Shown here piece by piece: positions 53,202-61,641 of a stretch of DNA of 64,000 bases (positions are counted from its first letter, which is position 1; every line of letters begins with the position of its first letter). The notes beneath the pieces were generated by a model, which worked only from the letters and a program-made list of their open reading frames with translations, ran no database searches and had not been told where the DNA came from. The stretch spans positions 5,379 to 69,378 of the IMG/VR virus record IMGVR_UViG_3300007554_000005. One strand, 5' to 3'. The position numbers were made by a program, and so were the translations under genes. The DNA comes from a virus.

Positions 53202-53262
53202 TGCTATAATATATTTGCTTGCCCATTCGGGGAGCAACAGTCGCTTTATAAGGAGGACAAAA
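53202..53262 (+). promoter_or_regulatory. extended -10 promoter and ROSE-like structured 5'UTR of hsp20
   Basis: TGCTATAAT; hairpin TTGCT..CCC/GGG..AGCAA; UCGCU motif able to pair with AGGAGG SD. Confidence 0.55.
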
Positions 53263-53664
53263 ATGATGGCATCGCTATACATGAAGGATCCATTTGCAAC
53301 ATTCAGTCAGGACATTGACAGAATGTTTAATGCACCACTACAGAAAACCAACTACCCACCCTACAATGTTCGTAAACTAGATAACGAACGATTCGTTATG
53401 GAATTTGCGGTAGCTGGATTTAAAAAGGAAGACATTGACATCTCTGTCGAGAAGTCTATCCTAACCGTAAAGGGCGAACTAGCCGAGTCTGATGATAGTG
53501 ATTACCTGTATAAGGGAATTGCTGGACGAAAGTTTGTTCGCTCGTTCTCACTGCCAGAATACTTTGAGGTGGGGAGAGCAGGTATGTCAGACGGCATTCT
53601 TTACATTGACTTGTACAAGGATGTTCCAGAAGAGAAGAAGCCAAAAACTATCGCTATCGATTAG
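53263..53664 (+). CDS. small heat shock protein (Hsp20/IbpA-like)
   Basis: NYPPYN, AVAGF, YLYKGIAGRKF.RSFSL, DGIL. Confidence 0.93.
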   Translation: MMASLYMKDPFATFSQDIDRMFNAPLQKTNYPPYNVRKLDNERFVMEFAVAGFKKEDIDISVEKSILTVKGELAESDDSDYLYKGIAGRKFVRSFSLPEYFEVGRAGMSDGILYIDLYKDVPEEKKPKTIAID

Positions 53665-53668
53665 TTAG

Positions 53669-53677
53669 TGGTATAAT
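53669..53677 (+). promoter_or_regulatory. extended -10 promoter for ncRNA
   Basis: TGGTATAAT; predicted +1 at 53684 by analogy with leaderless genes. Confidence 0.6.
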
Positions 53678-53683
53678 TAAAAG

Positions 53684-53767
53684 GTCCCCACACAGGGCAA
53701 GGGTTTGCTAACCTTAGGATGATTAGTTACCATTTTCTGGGCCAATCCAGGGTCGCTGTGTGGGGGC
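53684..53767 (+). ncRNA. unassigned structured RNA (closing stem + three hairpins)
   Basis: GTCCCCACACAG/CTGTGTGGGGGC 12-bp closing stem enclosing three hairpins; intergenic; own promoter. Confidence 0.65.
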
Positions 53768-53789
53768 TTTAACTAAGTAAGGTACTGCA

Positions 53790-54788
53790 TTGCTATATAA
53801 TAATTCTAAAGATTCTATAAACAATCCTCTATACGACTTTCTTACTTTCCGTAAAGAAGACTACATAATTCATGCCCATGCAGGAATTAATGGTCTAGAG
53901 CTTATAGTTGATCAAAGCAGTACAGATCCTTTAGATGCTGCATCGGACTTAAGGTCCGAAACAGAAAAGCTTGTTGTTGTAATTATGCCATCTATTGCAC
54001 ATACCATATTAGACGGTATAGCCCTTATGGCAGAGTGGTTTGACGCATACCCAGAAGCAGAGATTATCATTTTAGAAGATCTATATATTCATAACCCCAA
54101 AGACCCTAGGTCGGTTAAGTATGACACAGACGTTCTTGATGTATGCATAGCTATACTCCAGGAACGTGGTGCAAAAATTACAAGGATAACTGGGAAAATA
54201 TTGATAAATAACTTTTATGAAGTTTCATCACCAGGATTTTCCATACCTAAGACCGTACATACCTACAGGGCTCTAGGCTCATTGGCAGATGGTCTTGCTA
54301 CCTCCGAGAAGCCATATAGAAAAGTATACATCTCTAGATCTAAAATTAACGGCAGGGGCTTTTCAGATGAACACTATACAAATAATTCTATGCTTACAGA
54401 CGACTGCCGAGTGTATAATGAAGAGCACCTTGAGCAGCTTTTTGTAGAGATGGGATTCGAGATTGTTTACTTTGAAGAGATGGGAAGCTTTGTTGAGCAG
54501 ATGTCCATAATGAAAGAATCTAAAATTGTTGCTGGTGTAAGTGGTGCTGGATTAACCAGCTCAGTATTCATGAGACCAGGAACCACGGTAGTTGAGATTT
54601 CTACACTAATTCTTGCTCCAGACTCAGCACGCCGACTTCGTCCTAGCTGGCACCACCACCTATCGGATCTAGCCTTTTCAGTCAACCTAAATAAGGTTTC
54701 AGTACCAGTTGTTGAATACAGAGATGGAATTGATGTGGCAAGTAGAATTAGATCTACCCCAATGTTTGACTATCTAAAGAATTATTAA
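53790..54788 (+). CDS. glycosyltransferase family 61-like
   Basis: KVYISR..RVYNEE..GFEIV.FE..SFVEQ..GVSGAGLT..FM.PGT.VVEI. Confidence 0.8.
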   Translation: MLYNNSKDSINNPLYDFLTFRKEDYIIHAHAGINGLELIVDQSSTDPLDAASDLRSETEKLVVVIMPSIAHTILDGIALMAEWFDAYPEAEIIILEDLYIHNPKDPRSVKYDTDVLDVCIAILQERGAKITRITGKILINNFYEVSSPGFSIPKTVHTYRALGSLADGLATSEKPYRKVYISRSKINGRGFSDEHYTNNSMLTDDCRVYNEEHLEQLFVEMGFEIVYFEEMGSFVEQMSIMKESKIVAGVSGAGLTSSVFMRPGTTVVEISTLILAPDSARRLRPSWHHHLSDLAFSVNLNKVSVPVVEYRDGIDVASRIRSTPMFDYLKNY

Positions 54789-55357
54789 GCAAAGTCAATA
54801 TTTAGAATACACCTGAACTCATTATTTACTGGGGATGATGATGCATGGTATACGTTGCCATTAAAAACTACTCCTCTGCCTGCTACAGGGTTAACCCTAA
54901 CATCTTCGCTAAATGATTCTGGCACCTGTTCGGACAGCGTTTCATTAAAAAATACAGTGTCTCCGTCAGAGTTATTTATATAATACAGGAATACTTTATG
55001 TTCAGAGTCAAAGTCAACGTGGGGGGTGTGATACCCAGAAGAAGAAAAAGATCTGGGCAACCAGTTTAGCTTAACTCTGATAATTTTATTAACCTCTATC
55101 CTATGCTTCAGTGTGAAGGCCCTAAAGACCTGCATAAAATATTCATAGGCCTGAGTACCCTCTCTAAGTCCTGCTGCAAACTGATAGCTCTGGGTAACAT
55201 TTTGGTCATCAACTGCATATGGCCCATTTGGGGTATCTGTTCGATATGCAAGGGTCCATGGAATGTCTAAACCATTTATAATTACCCTATCAGATATGTC
55301 CCTGACGGCGGCATCTGGCAAAAAGTTATCGTCTATTAGCACGTTGCTCTCTTTCAT
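54785..55357 (-). CDS. 2OG-Fe(II) oxygenase
   Basis: PHVD, LYYINNSDGDTVFF, YHASSSP, RCILNID; start at MKESN. Confidence 0.8.
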   Translation of the reverse strand: MKESNVLIDDNFLPDAAVRDISDRVIINGLDIPWTLAYRTDTPNGPYAVDDQNVTQSYQFAAGLREGTQAYEYFMQVFRAFTLKHRIEVNKIIRVKLNWLPRSFSSSGYHTPHVDFDSEHKVFLYYINNSDGDTVFFNETLSEQVPESFSEDVRVNPVAGRGVVFNGNVYHASSSPVNNEFRCILNIDFA

Positions 55358-55577
55358 ATGTTCTTTTCTTATGGCAGTTGGAGCAAACAACGTCACACTT
55401 ACTTACTTCCTGCCAAGCAGCTTCCCGACCATATTTTTTCAAAACACGATAGACTATGTCCACCTTCTTTTTCTCTGGGCGGTGATCAAATTCAAGGATA
55501 TAGTGGGGGTATCTGACCTCACAGTCATGGCAACCCTTACTCTCCTTATAAGCTTGAAACTCTGCAAATATTGACAT
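55326..55577 (-). CDS. HNH endonuclease-like protein
   Basis: CHDC..LEFDH..CDVVCSNCH. Confidence 0.8.
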   Translation of the reverse strand: MSIFAEFQAYKESKGCHDCEVRYPHYILEFDHRPEKKKVDIVYRVLKKYGREAAWQEVSKCDVVCSNCHKKRTYEREQRANRR

Positions 55578-55585
55578 GTACAAAT

Positions 55586-55611
55586 ATTATACACCATTAT
55601 CCTGGTATAAT
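55586..55611. promoter_or_regulatory. back-to-back divergent -10 promoters
   Basis: TATAAT on minus (55591-55586) and TGGTATAAT on plus (55603-55611). Confidence 0.6.
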
Positions 55612-55621
55612 TGTTTTCATA

Positions 55622-56473
55622 ATGAATAAACTTAATTTAGATTATGGAAGCTTTATATCCAGAAGCTTTAACTCTGTTACTGTATCTGGAGATGAAGTTA
55701 TAAAGTCTTCCAGAAATTTAGAAAAGATTATTAATGAGCACGCATACTTTTATAGTATATCTGACGATTTAAAGCATTTCATGGTTCAGCCCTATCAGTT
55801 GTCTATCTCAGAAGGTAGGGCAAGCTATAGGATGAAGTTCTGGAGATCTCCAGACGCAGGAGGTCTTTATTCATCTAAAAGCCTGGAGATGTCTGACTTT
55901 GTAAAGATTGTGGACTCTGTAGATTCATTTAAGAAAGCAGCTAAGAGAAATACAAGGACGACAGCTAATTCCTGGAACAGTATGCTTCAGTCAACAACAA
56001 TAAAAGCAAGGTCAAGGGTGACTGACTTTGTTAGCGATCGTGCCATCCCACTTTGTGACAGGCTTGAAGAGCACATTCTTAATATCACACCCTATAGTAT
56101 AGACAGCATAGAGTCACACGGTGACCTTTGCCTGTCAAATATAATTCTTTGTGAAGACGGTATGGTTAGATTTATAGATCCAAGGGGCAGTGACAGCATC
56201 TGGATGGATGAGTATTATGACATGGCTAAGCTGAGCCAGTGCATCTTGGGTGGATATGACTTTATAGTTAATGATGTCCCAGAGAATCATAGCAGAGATA
56301 TACAGGAATATTTCTTGCAATACATAAAGTCTGTTGGACTTTCATACGAGATGCTACGTATATATGAGGCATCTTTGTTTATATCGATGTGCCCACTACA
56401 CTCGGATAGACCAGACCATGTAGAAAAGTTTTTAGATGCTGCTGAAAAGATTTTGATGGAGCTGGGGGCATAG
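55622..56473 (+). CDS. APH/choline-kinase-like phosphotransferase
   Basis: SRSFN, HGDLCLSNI, FIDPRG, YYDMAKL. Confidence 0.75.
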   Translation: MNKLNLDYGSFISRSFNSVTVSGDEVIKSSRNLEKIINEHAYFYSISDDLKHFMVQPYQLSISEGRASYRMKFWRSPDAGGLYSSKSLEMSDFVKIVDSVDSFKKAAKRNTRTTANSWNSMLQSTTIKARSRVTDFVSDRAIPLCDRLEEHILNITPYSIDSIESHGDLCLSNIILCEDGMVRFIDPRGSDSIWMDEYYDMAKLSQCILGGYDFIVNDVPENHSRDIQEYFLQYIKSVGLSYEMLRIYEASLFISMCPLHSDRPDHVEKFLDAAEKILMELGA

Positions 56474-57135
56474 TGAATATTCTACTGCTTATGGCAGGAG
56501 CAGGAAGCAGGTTCGCTGGCAGTAGATACAGCCTACCAAAACCACTGATAGAAATTAATGGCAAGCCAATGTACGAGCATGCCATAGAATCACTTGGGCT
56601 AGATGGAATGGTAATAGCAGTCTCACGCTTCCAGCTGGAAAGAAATAACTACTTCGTAATAAATGTTGACAGAGTTTTAGATGGCCCAGCTGTTAGTGCA
56701 CTATTAGCTAGAGATTATATAAACAATGATGAAGAGCTTGTAATAATGAATTCTGATCAGATGATAGAGTGGAACCCCTCAGACCTGAGCCTAGCTCAAG
56801 CACACGACGGTGGACTTATGCTATTCAAGGCAGGCGGTAATAGATGGTCCTTTGCAAGAGTGATAGATAACAGGGTGGTTGAAGTGGCAGAGAAAGATCC
56901 TATTAGTGAGGATGCTTTGGTGGGAATACACTACTGGAAGCGTGGAAAAGATTTTGTTAAATATGCTGAACAAATGATTTCTAGGAATGACAGGGTAAAC
57001 GGAGAGTTTTATATTGCACCAGTTTACAACTATGCTATTAGTGATGGCTTAAGCATTGTTCCTATCTACGTTAGCAAGATGCACGACCTAGGTACGCCAC
57101 AAGCCCTTGACAGGTATCTAGCAGATAGGATATAA
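56473..57135 (+). CDS. sugar-phosphate nucleotidyltransferase-like protein
   Basis: MAGAGSRF..PKPLIEI, NSDQ, VAEK, RVNGEFYIAPVYN, LGTP. Confidence 0.85.
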   Translation: MNILLLMAGAGSRFAGSRYSLPKPLIEINGKPMYEHAIESLGLDGMVIAVSRFQLERNNYFVINVDRVLDGPAVSALLARDYINNDEELVIMNSDQMIEWNPSDLSLAQAHDGGLMLFKAGGNRWSFARVIDNRVVEVAEKDPISEDALVGIHYWKRGKDFVKYAEQMISRNDRVNGEFYIAPVYNYAISDGLSIVPIYVSKMHDLGTPQALDRYLADRI

Positions 57136-57142
57136 TTTAAGC

Positions 57143-57727
57143 ATGAAGAATATTCTAATTATTTCTGCACACCCAGATGACTTAGAGATGTCATGTGGTG
57201 GATCTGTTGCCAAATGGGTGTCAGAGGGGCACAATGTTGTAAACTTAATTCTTGTTTCCGATGTTAAGCAGATAGACTCCCTTGGCTTTGCTAGGGAGCA
57301 CCTGGGCTACGAAGCAATCCTCTGGCCAGGAGATAGGGGTAGCCTCTCCGTAAACTCTGATATGATTGCAGACATCGAGGCACACTTCGTAGACGTAGAC
57401 TTTGATAGAATAGTTACTCATTGGAGAGAGGATTGGCATCAGGATCATCAGGTTTGTCATAACCTAGGAAGAGTGTTGGCCCGTAAGCAGCCCACTGAGC
57501 TTTGGTATATGTCTTCTCACCCATATCATCTTAAGTACAGGGAATTTAGCCCAGACATATATGTTGACGTAAGCGAGCACGCTCACCTAAAGTATAAGGC
57601 TATTACTGAGTACGACAACTTGCCAGGTTACTGGGAGACTGGCGTTAGGTCACACGATAGCTGGCGTGGAACATTTATTCATGCTAAAAAGGCAGAGGTA
57701 TTCATGGCAGGCAATCTTCTAGGATGA
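57143..57727 (+). CDS. PIG-L/LmbE family deacetylase
   Basis: SAHPDDLE and HQDH motifs. Confidence 0.88.
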   Translation: MKNILIISAHPDDLEMSCGGSVAKWVSEGHNVVNLILVSDVKQIDSLGFAREHLGYEAILWPGDRGSLSVNSDMIADIEAHFVDVDFDRIVTHWREDWHQDHQVCHNLGRVLARKQPTELWYMSSHPYHLKYREFSPDIYVDVSEHAHLKYKAITEYDNLPGYWETGVRSHDSWRGTFIHAKKAEVFMAGNLLG

Positions 57728-59346
57728 AGGTCCTTGGCGTAAACATGTCGCATGACGGTAGCGTATGCGTTATCGAGGATGGTTCAGTAATCTTTTACCA
57801 AGAAGAGGAAAGGATTACACACGAGAAGCATACTACTGGTTTCATAAATAGCTTTGCCAAGGCCATGAGACTCCATGACCCACGGCATATTGTTTTTGTT
57901 GGTGCCTTCCCATATGAGCTAAATGCCAGAGACCTGCTTTCATACCTACTTGTATCAATTGGTAAGACTAAGCATCTTAGTAACAATGAGAAGTACCAGG
58001 CATACTGGCTCAGAGACCATCACTTGGCACATGCAAACGTTGCATTTTATAACTCAGGCTTTGGGGATGCTGGGATCTTGGTGGCAGATGGAGCAGGCCA
58101 AGCATTCTATGACGGAGAGAATCTTTACAGGGAATCCGAAACTATCTACCATGCCTCTAAAGATATTGAGACTCTTCATAAAAACTTGATTACTCAGCAT
58201 TCATCCTGGAGATACGGGGAGCTTGCGATTGAGCTAAGCAGCATGCCACACTTCACCAAATGCTCTGAGAGGCTGCCACTAAATTACCCCTATACAATAT
58301 ACCCCTCCAATTTGAGTTTAGGTAAAATGTTCAGTGCAGCAGGCATTAAAATATTTAATTCTTATCATAATGCAGGAAAAGTTATGGGCCTATCTGCCTA
58401 TGGCGTTGATAATCCATCAGATCCCAGGGCATTTGTTGATGGAGTTGCCAACCCAGAAATTTTGAATAGCGATATCTCGGATGAGAATTTGGCATATAGG
58501 GTACAGAATGATTCTTTGGATGTATCTATTAGCCTTATTAAGAAAACTATAGAGATGTCTGGCAGCAAAAATATTTGCCTTAGCGGTGGGTACTTTCTTA
58601 ACTGTGTCAATAACTACAAGTATCTTAAAGAGTTTCCAGACATTAACTTCTATGTAGAGCCAAACTCCAGTGACTCTGGTACCGCTATCGGGGCAGCCCA
58701 GTGGCTTTATAAGAAGCTAACCAACAAGCCATCTATGCCAATCAATAGGATGTATCTTGGATCACAGGCTAACCACGAGGTCTTCTCAGACACCCAGTCC
58801 ATTGACGTGACGTCAGACCATGTAGCTAAGCTGCTATCTGAGAGAAATGTAGTGGCTATCTACCAGGGAAGGGCTGAGTCAGGGCCTAGGGCCCTAGGTA
58901 ATAGGTCAATTCTTTATGACCCAAGAGATCCAGATGGAAGAGATGTTGTTAATACTATCAAGAAAAGAGAATACTTCAGACCATTTGCTGGCTCAGTTCT
59001 AGAGGAGCGTGCCCCCGACTGGTTTGACATGCAAACACTCTCTAGCAGCCCAGAGATGATGTTCGCCGTCGAGACTTTGCCAGACAAGAGGGATGTCGTC
59101 CCTGCCCTACAGCACAACGATGGAACATCAAGGATTCAGACGGTATCAGCCGATCAAAACAGTAACTACTATGAGTTAATCGAATCATTCTATAATATCA
59201 CTGGAATCCCAATGCTATTGAATACATCATTTAATCTGGCTGGAGACACCCTGGTAGAAAATATGGATGATGCAATCAGAACTTGCAAGGAGTCTGGTAT
59301 TAAGTATCTATACTGCCCAGAGATCTCTAAGCTTATATTGTTATGA
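57724..59346 (+). CDS. second carbamoyltransferase (NodU/CmcH family)
   Basis: HDGS, HHLAHA, GKVMGLSAYG, GPRALGNRSIL, KKREYFRPFA, LNTSFN. Confidence 0.92.
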   Translation: MKVLGVNMSHDGSVCVIEDGSVIFYQEEERITHEKHTTGFINSFAKAMRLHDPRHIVFVGAFPYELNARDLLSYLLVSIGKTKHLSNNEKYQAYWLRDHHLAHANVAFYNSGFGDAGILVADGAGQAFYDGENLYRESETIYHASKDIETLHKNLITQHSSWRYGELAIELSSMPHFTKCSERLPLNYPYTIYPSNLSLGKMFSAAGIKIFNSYHNAGKVMGLSAYGVDNPSDPRAFVDGVANPEILNSDISDENLAYRVQNDSLDVSISLIKKTIEMSGSKNICLSGGYFLNCVNNYKYLKEFPDINFYVEPNSSDSGTAIGAAQWLYKKLTNKPSMPINRMYLGSQANHEVFSDTQSIDVTSDHVAKLLSERNVVAIYQGRAESGPRALGNRSILYDPRDPDGRDVVNTIKKREYFRPFAGSVLEERAPDWFDMQTLSSSPEMMFAVETLPDKRDVVPALQHNDGTSRIQTVSADQNSNYYELIESFYNITGIPMLLNTSFNLAGDTLVENMDDAIRTCKESGIKYLYCPEISKLILL

Positions 59347-59358
59347 TATAATTAATCT

Positions 59359-59610
59359 ATGAATGATAAAAAAGATTCTATTATAAAGGATAAGGTAATG
59401 CTAGTGCTTGCCACTGGTGTAATGCTTGCAATTTTAGTTGCAATTGTTGGTGACTATGTGGTTGCGGCCATTGAGACAACCCAAACTGGAGAGCCAGTAG
59501 ACGTATCTGCTGAAGTTATGACTCTTGTTCAAACAGCACTTGGTGGTGTTATCGGTATTATTGGTGGTTATTTTGGTGCTAAAGGCATCTTAAAGAAAGA
59601 TGGCGAATAG
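59359..59610 (+). CDS. small two-TM membrane protein
   Basis: Two hydrophobic helices, GGVIGIIGGYFG; TATAAT-N6-ATG. Confidence 0.65.
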   Translation: MNDKKDSIIKDKVMLVLATGVMLAILVAIVGDYVVAAIETTQTGEPVDVSAEVMTLVQTALGGVIGIIGGYFGAKGILKKDGE

Positions 59611-59611
59611 G

Positions 59612-60469
59612 ATGAGCACAGAAGATAGTCTAGACAAGCAGGCACCCTGTTGGGATGGGTACGTTCAGCGTGGGATGAAGCCTGGAAAAGGTGGCAAACC
59701 AGTTCCAAATTGCGTTCCATCTAAGAAAGCTGACTCGATGGACAAGGCTGACACTCCAGAGGGATACCACAGAATGCCAGATGGCACACTAATGGCAGAC
59801 TGGATTCCACACGAGGGGGATATGGTTATTGGTATGACTAGCGAAGGCCCAGTAGTTGGTCTTGTAGAGCATGTCATGCTTGAGGGCGGTGTGTATGGTG
59901 TACCAGGAACAGAGTATGCAATCGAGTCCAATCCAGAAAACCCAGCTATGGCTGTTAGGGTCTATGAAAAAGATGACGATATGTACTATCCAACAGCCTA
60001 CTCTATCGGTATGCTAGCTAGCGACGCCACCATTGTTGATGACTTAAAGATCGGCATTAATGATGAAGAGAATGAAAAGTTTTTGAAGGCAGACGGTTAC
60101 GCACCTACAGCTGGAATGAAATCCGCTGCAAGACGAGCAATTAAGTGGAAAGAGGATGGTAAGGCTACGGGTGCTGGAACTCCAGTCGGTTGGGGCAGGG
60201 CAAGAGACATCGTAGCAGGGCGATCAATGTCTCTTAGTGTAGTTAAGCGTATGTATTCTTTCTTCTCTCGTCATGAAGTGGACAAAAAGGGCAAAGACTT
60301 TAACAATACCAGCAATCCATCTAATGGAAGAATCATGTGGGATGCCTGGGGCGGAGACGCTGGCTTCAGTTGGTCAAGAAAGATTGTTAAGCAGCAAGAA
60401 GACAAGGCATTATTTGCTGATTTTGGCAAGGACCACACCAAGTCTGTTAGCCTTAGAGAGTTGTTTTAG
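59612..60469 (+). CDS. modular phage protein (CWDGY..VPNCVP motif plus head-associated-type domain)
   Basis: CWDGY...VPNCVP, HRMPDGTLM, GTPVGWGRARD..KRMYSFFSRH..WDAWGGDAG motifs. Confidence 0.55.
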   Translation: MSTEDSLDKQAPCWDGYVQRGMKPGKGGKPVPNCVPSKKADSMDKADTPEGYHRMPDGTLMADWIPHEGDMVIGMTSEGPVVGLVEHVMLEGGVYGVPGTEYAIESNPENPAMAVRVYEKDDDMYYPTAYSIGMLASDATIVDDLKIGINDEENEKFLKADGYAPTAGMKSAARRAIKWKEDGKATGAGTPVGWGRARDIVAGRSMSLSVVKRMYSFFSRHEVDKKGKDFNNTSNPSNGRIMWDAWGGDAGFSWSRKIVKQQEDKALFADFGKDHTKSVSLRELF

Positions 60470-60475
60470 CCATCA

Positions 60476-61078
60476 ATGATTGAAAGCAATCTCCCAATAT
60501 ACATTTATGATACTGAGCTTCTTTCTAAAGATGAGGCTCATGAGATCTTAATGCAGACTAGGGACGCTGACTTTCACTTTGAGACCCATAGCATTGGGGC
60601 TGCAACAGATGGCTATACTGGCATTCCTGGAGATAGGTTTCTAGACAGACCAATCATGGTTGCTGGAAGCAACAACATACATGAAGCAGATATGATGAGG
60701 CCAATAGCCAAATCTATATTTTTAAAGTTTGCTGAAAAGCACAGCCTAGTTCTTAATGAGGTATTTAGGACTAGGACAAACATATCTTTTACTAGCCTAG
60801 ACACCAGGCCAACAGTACCACACGTTGATCTAAGAAATGAAAATAAGCATTTTGTTTTTATATACTATCTAAACGACTCAGATGGAGATACAATTCTATT
60901 TACACAGAAAGTAGACGGCCATTTCCACACAGAAGAGGATCTAGAGGAGCTAAAGAGGTTTTCTCCTGTTGGCGGTGGTGCACTTCTCTTTAACGGTGAC
61001 TACTTCCATACATGGGAGCACCCCTCAAAACATGACTACAGGGCAACGATAAATCTAAATGTAGACATATCTTGTTAG
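60476..61078 (+). CDS. 2OG-Fe(II) oxygenase (paralog of 54785-55357)
   Basis: PHVD, IYYLNDSDGDTILF, FHT, RATIN. Confidence 0.8.
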   Translation: MIESNLPIYIYDTELLSKDEAHEILMQTRDADFHFETHSIGAATDGYTGIPGDRFLDRPIMVAGSNNIHEADMMRPIAKSIFLKFAEKHSLVLNEVFRTRTNISFTSLDTRPTVPHVDLRNENKHFVFIYYLNDSDGDTILFTQKVDGHFHTEEDLEELKRFSPVGGGALLFNGDYFHTWEHPSKHDYRATINLNVDISC

Positions 61079-61106
61079 CCTTTGTTATAAAAATGTAATC
61101 TACATA

Positions 61107-61136
61107 TTGACAGCTAGGCAAATCTAAAGGTATAAT
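61107..61136 (+). promoter_or_regulatory. sigma70 promoter for nrdH
   Basis: TTGACA-18 nt-TATAAT. Confidence 0.7.
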
Positions 61137-61162
61137 AGATGTAACGACCTTAGGAGATTTAA

Positions 61163-61384
61163 ATGACAACAGTTTATACCAAGCCAGCATGCGTGCAATG
61201 CGACATGACAAAGAGATACCTAGACAAGGCAGGGGTAGAGTATGATACTGTTGATATCACAGAAGATCCAGCAGCACTAGAGATGATTCTAGGAATGGGT
61301 TTTCAGGCAGCACCAGTAGTTGTTTCAGATGCAGGCAACTGGGCAGGTTTCCAACCAGATAAGCTAAATCTATTAGCCGCTTGA
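61163..61384 (+). CDS. nrdH: glutaredoxin-like NrdH
   Basis: VYTKPACVQC, APVV, WAGFQPDK. Confidence 0.92.
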   Translation: MTTVYTKPACVQCDMTKRYLDKAGVEYDTVDITEDPAALEMILGMGFQAAPVVVSDAGNWAGFQPDKLNLLAA

Positions 61385-61409
61385 CAATCGTTTTCAATAA
61401 GGGTATAAT
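61381..61409 (+). promoter_or_regulatory. sigma70 promoter
   Basis: TTGACA-17 nt-TATAAT. Confidence 0.72.
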
Positions 61410-61439
61410 TGTTATAACACAATAAGAGAGAGACAAAAA

Positions 61440-61640
61440 ATGGAACACGGACACGAGGGTGAGACCTTCCTAGAAGGTATTATTGAGATTACTTTTGGAT
61501 TAGAGCATGTAGTTGCAGAATTCTTTTGGAATGCAGTATTCGTTGCCGCAACATTTCTACTTACACGAGGAATTGCATTACGTAAAGCACACAAATATAT
61601 TGACGGCAAGCATGGTGTAGAGCACGACGAAGGATATTAG
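61440..61640 (+). CDS. small His-rich membrane protein
   Basis: 66 aa, one TM helix, H..ID..HGVEH tail. Confidence 0.6.
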   Translation: MEHGHEGETFLEGIIEITFGLEHVVAEFFWNAVFVAATFLLTRGIALRKAHKYIDGKHGVEHDEGY

Positions 61641-61641
61641 T

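Noticed and set aside
53684-53767. Reading the structured RNA as a tRNA, SRP RNA or simple terminator
   Set aside because: Lacks T/D-loop and SRP consensus; too branched for a terminator and begins at a predicted TSS
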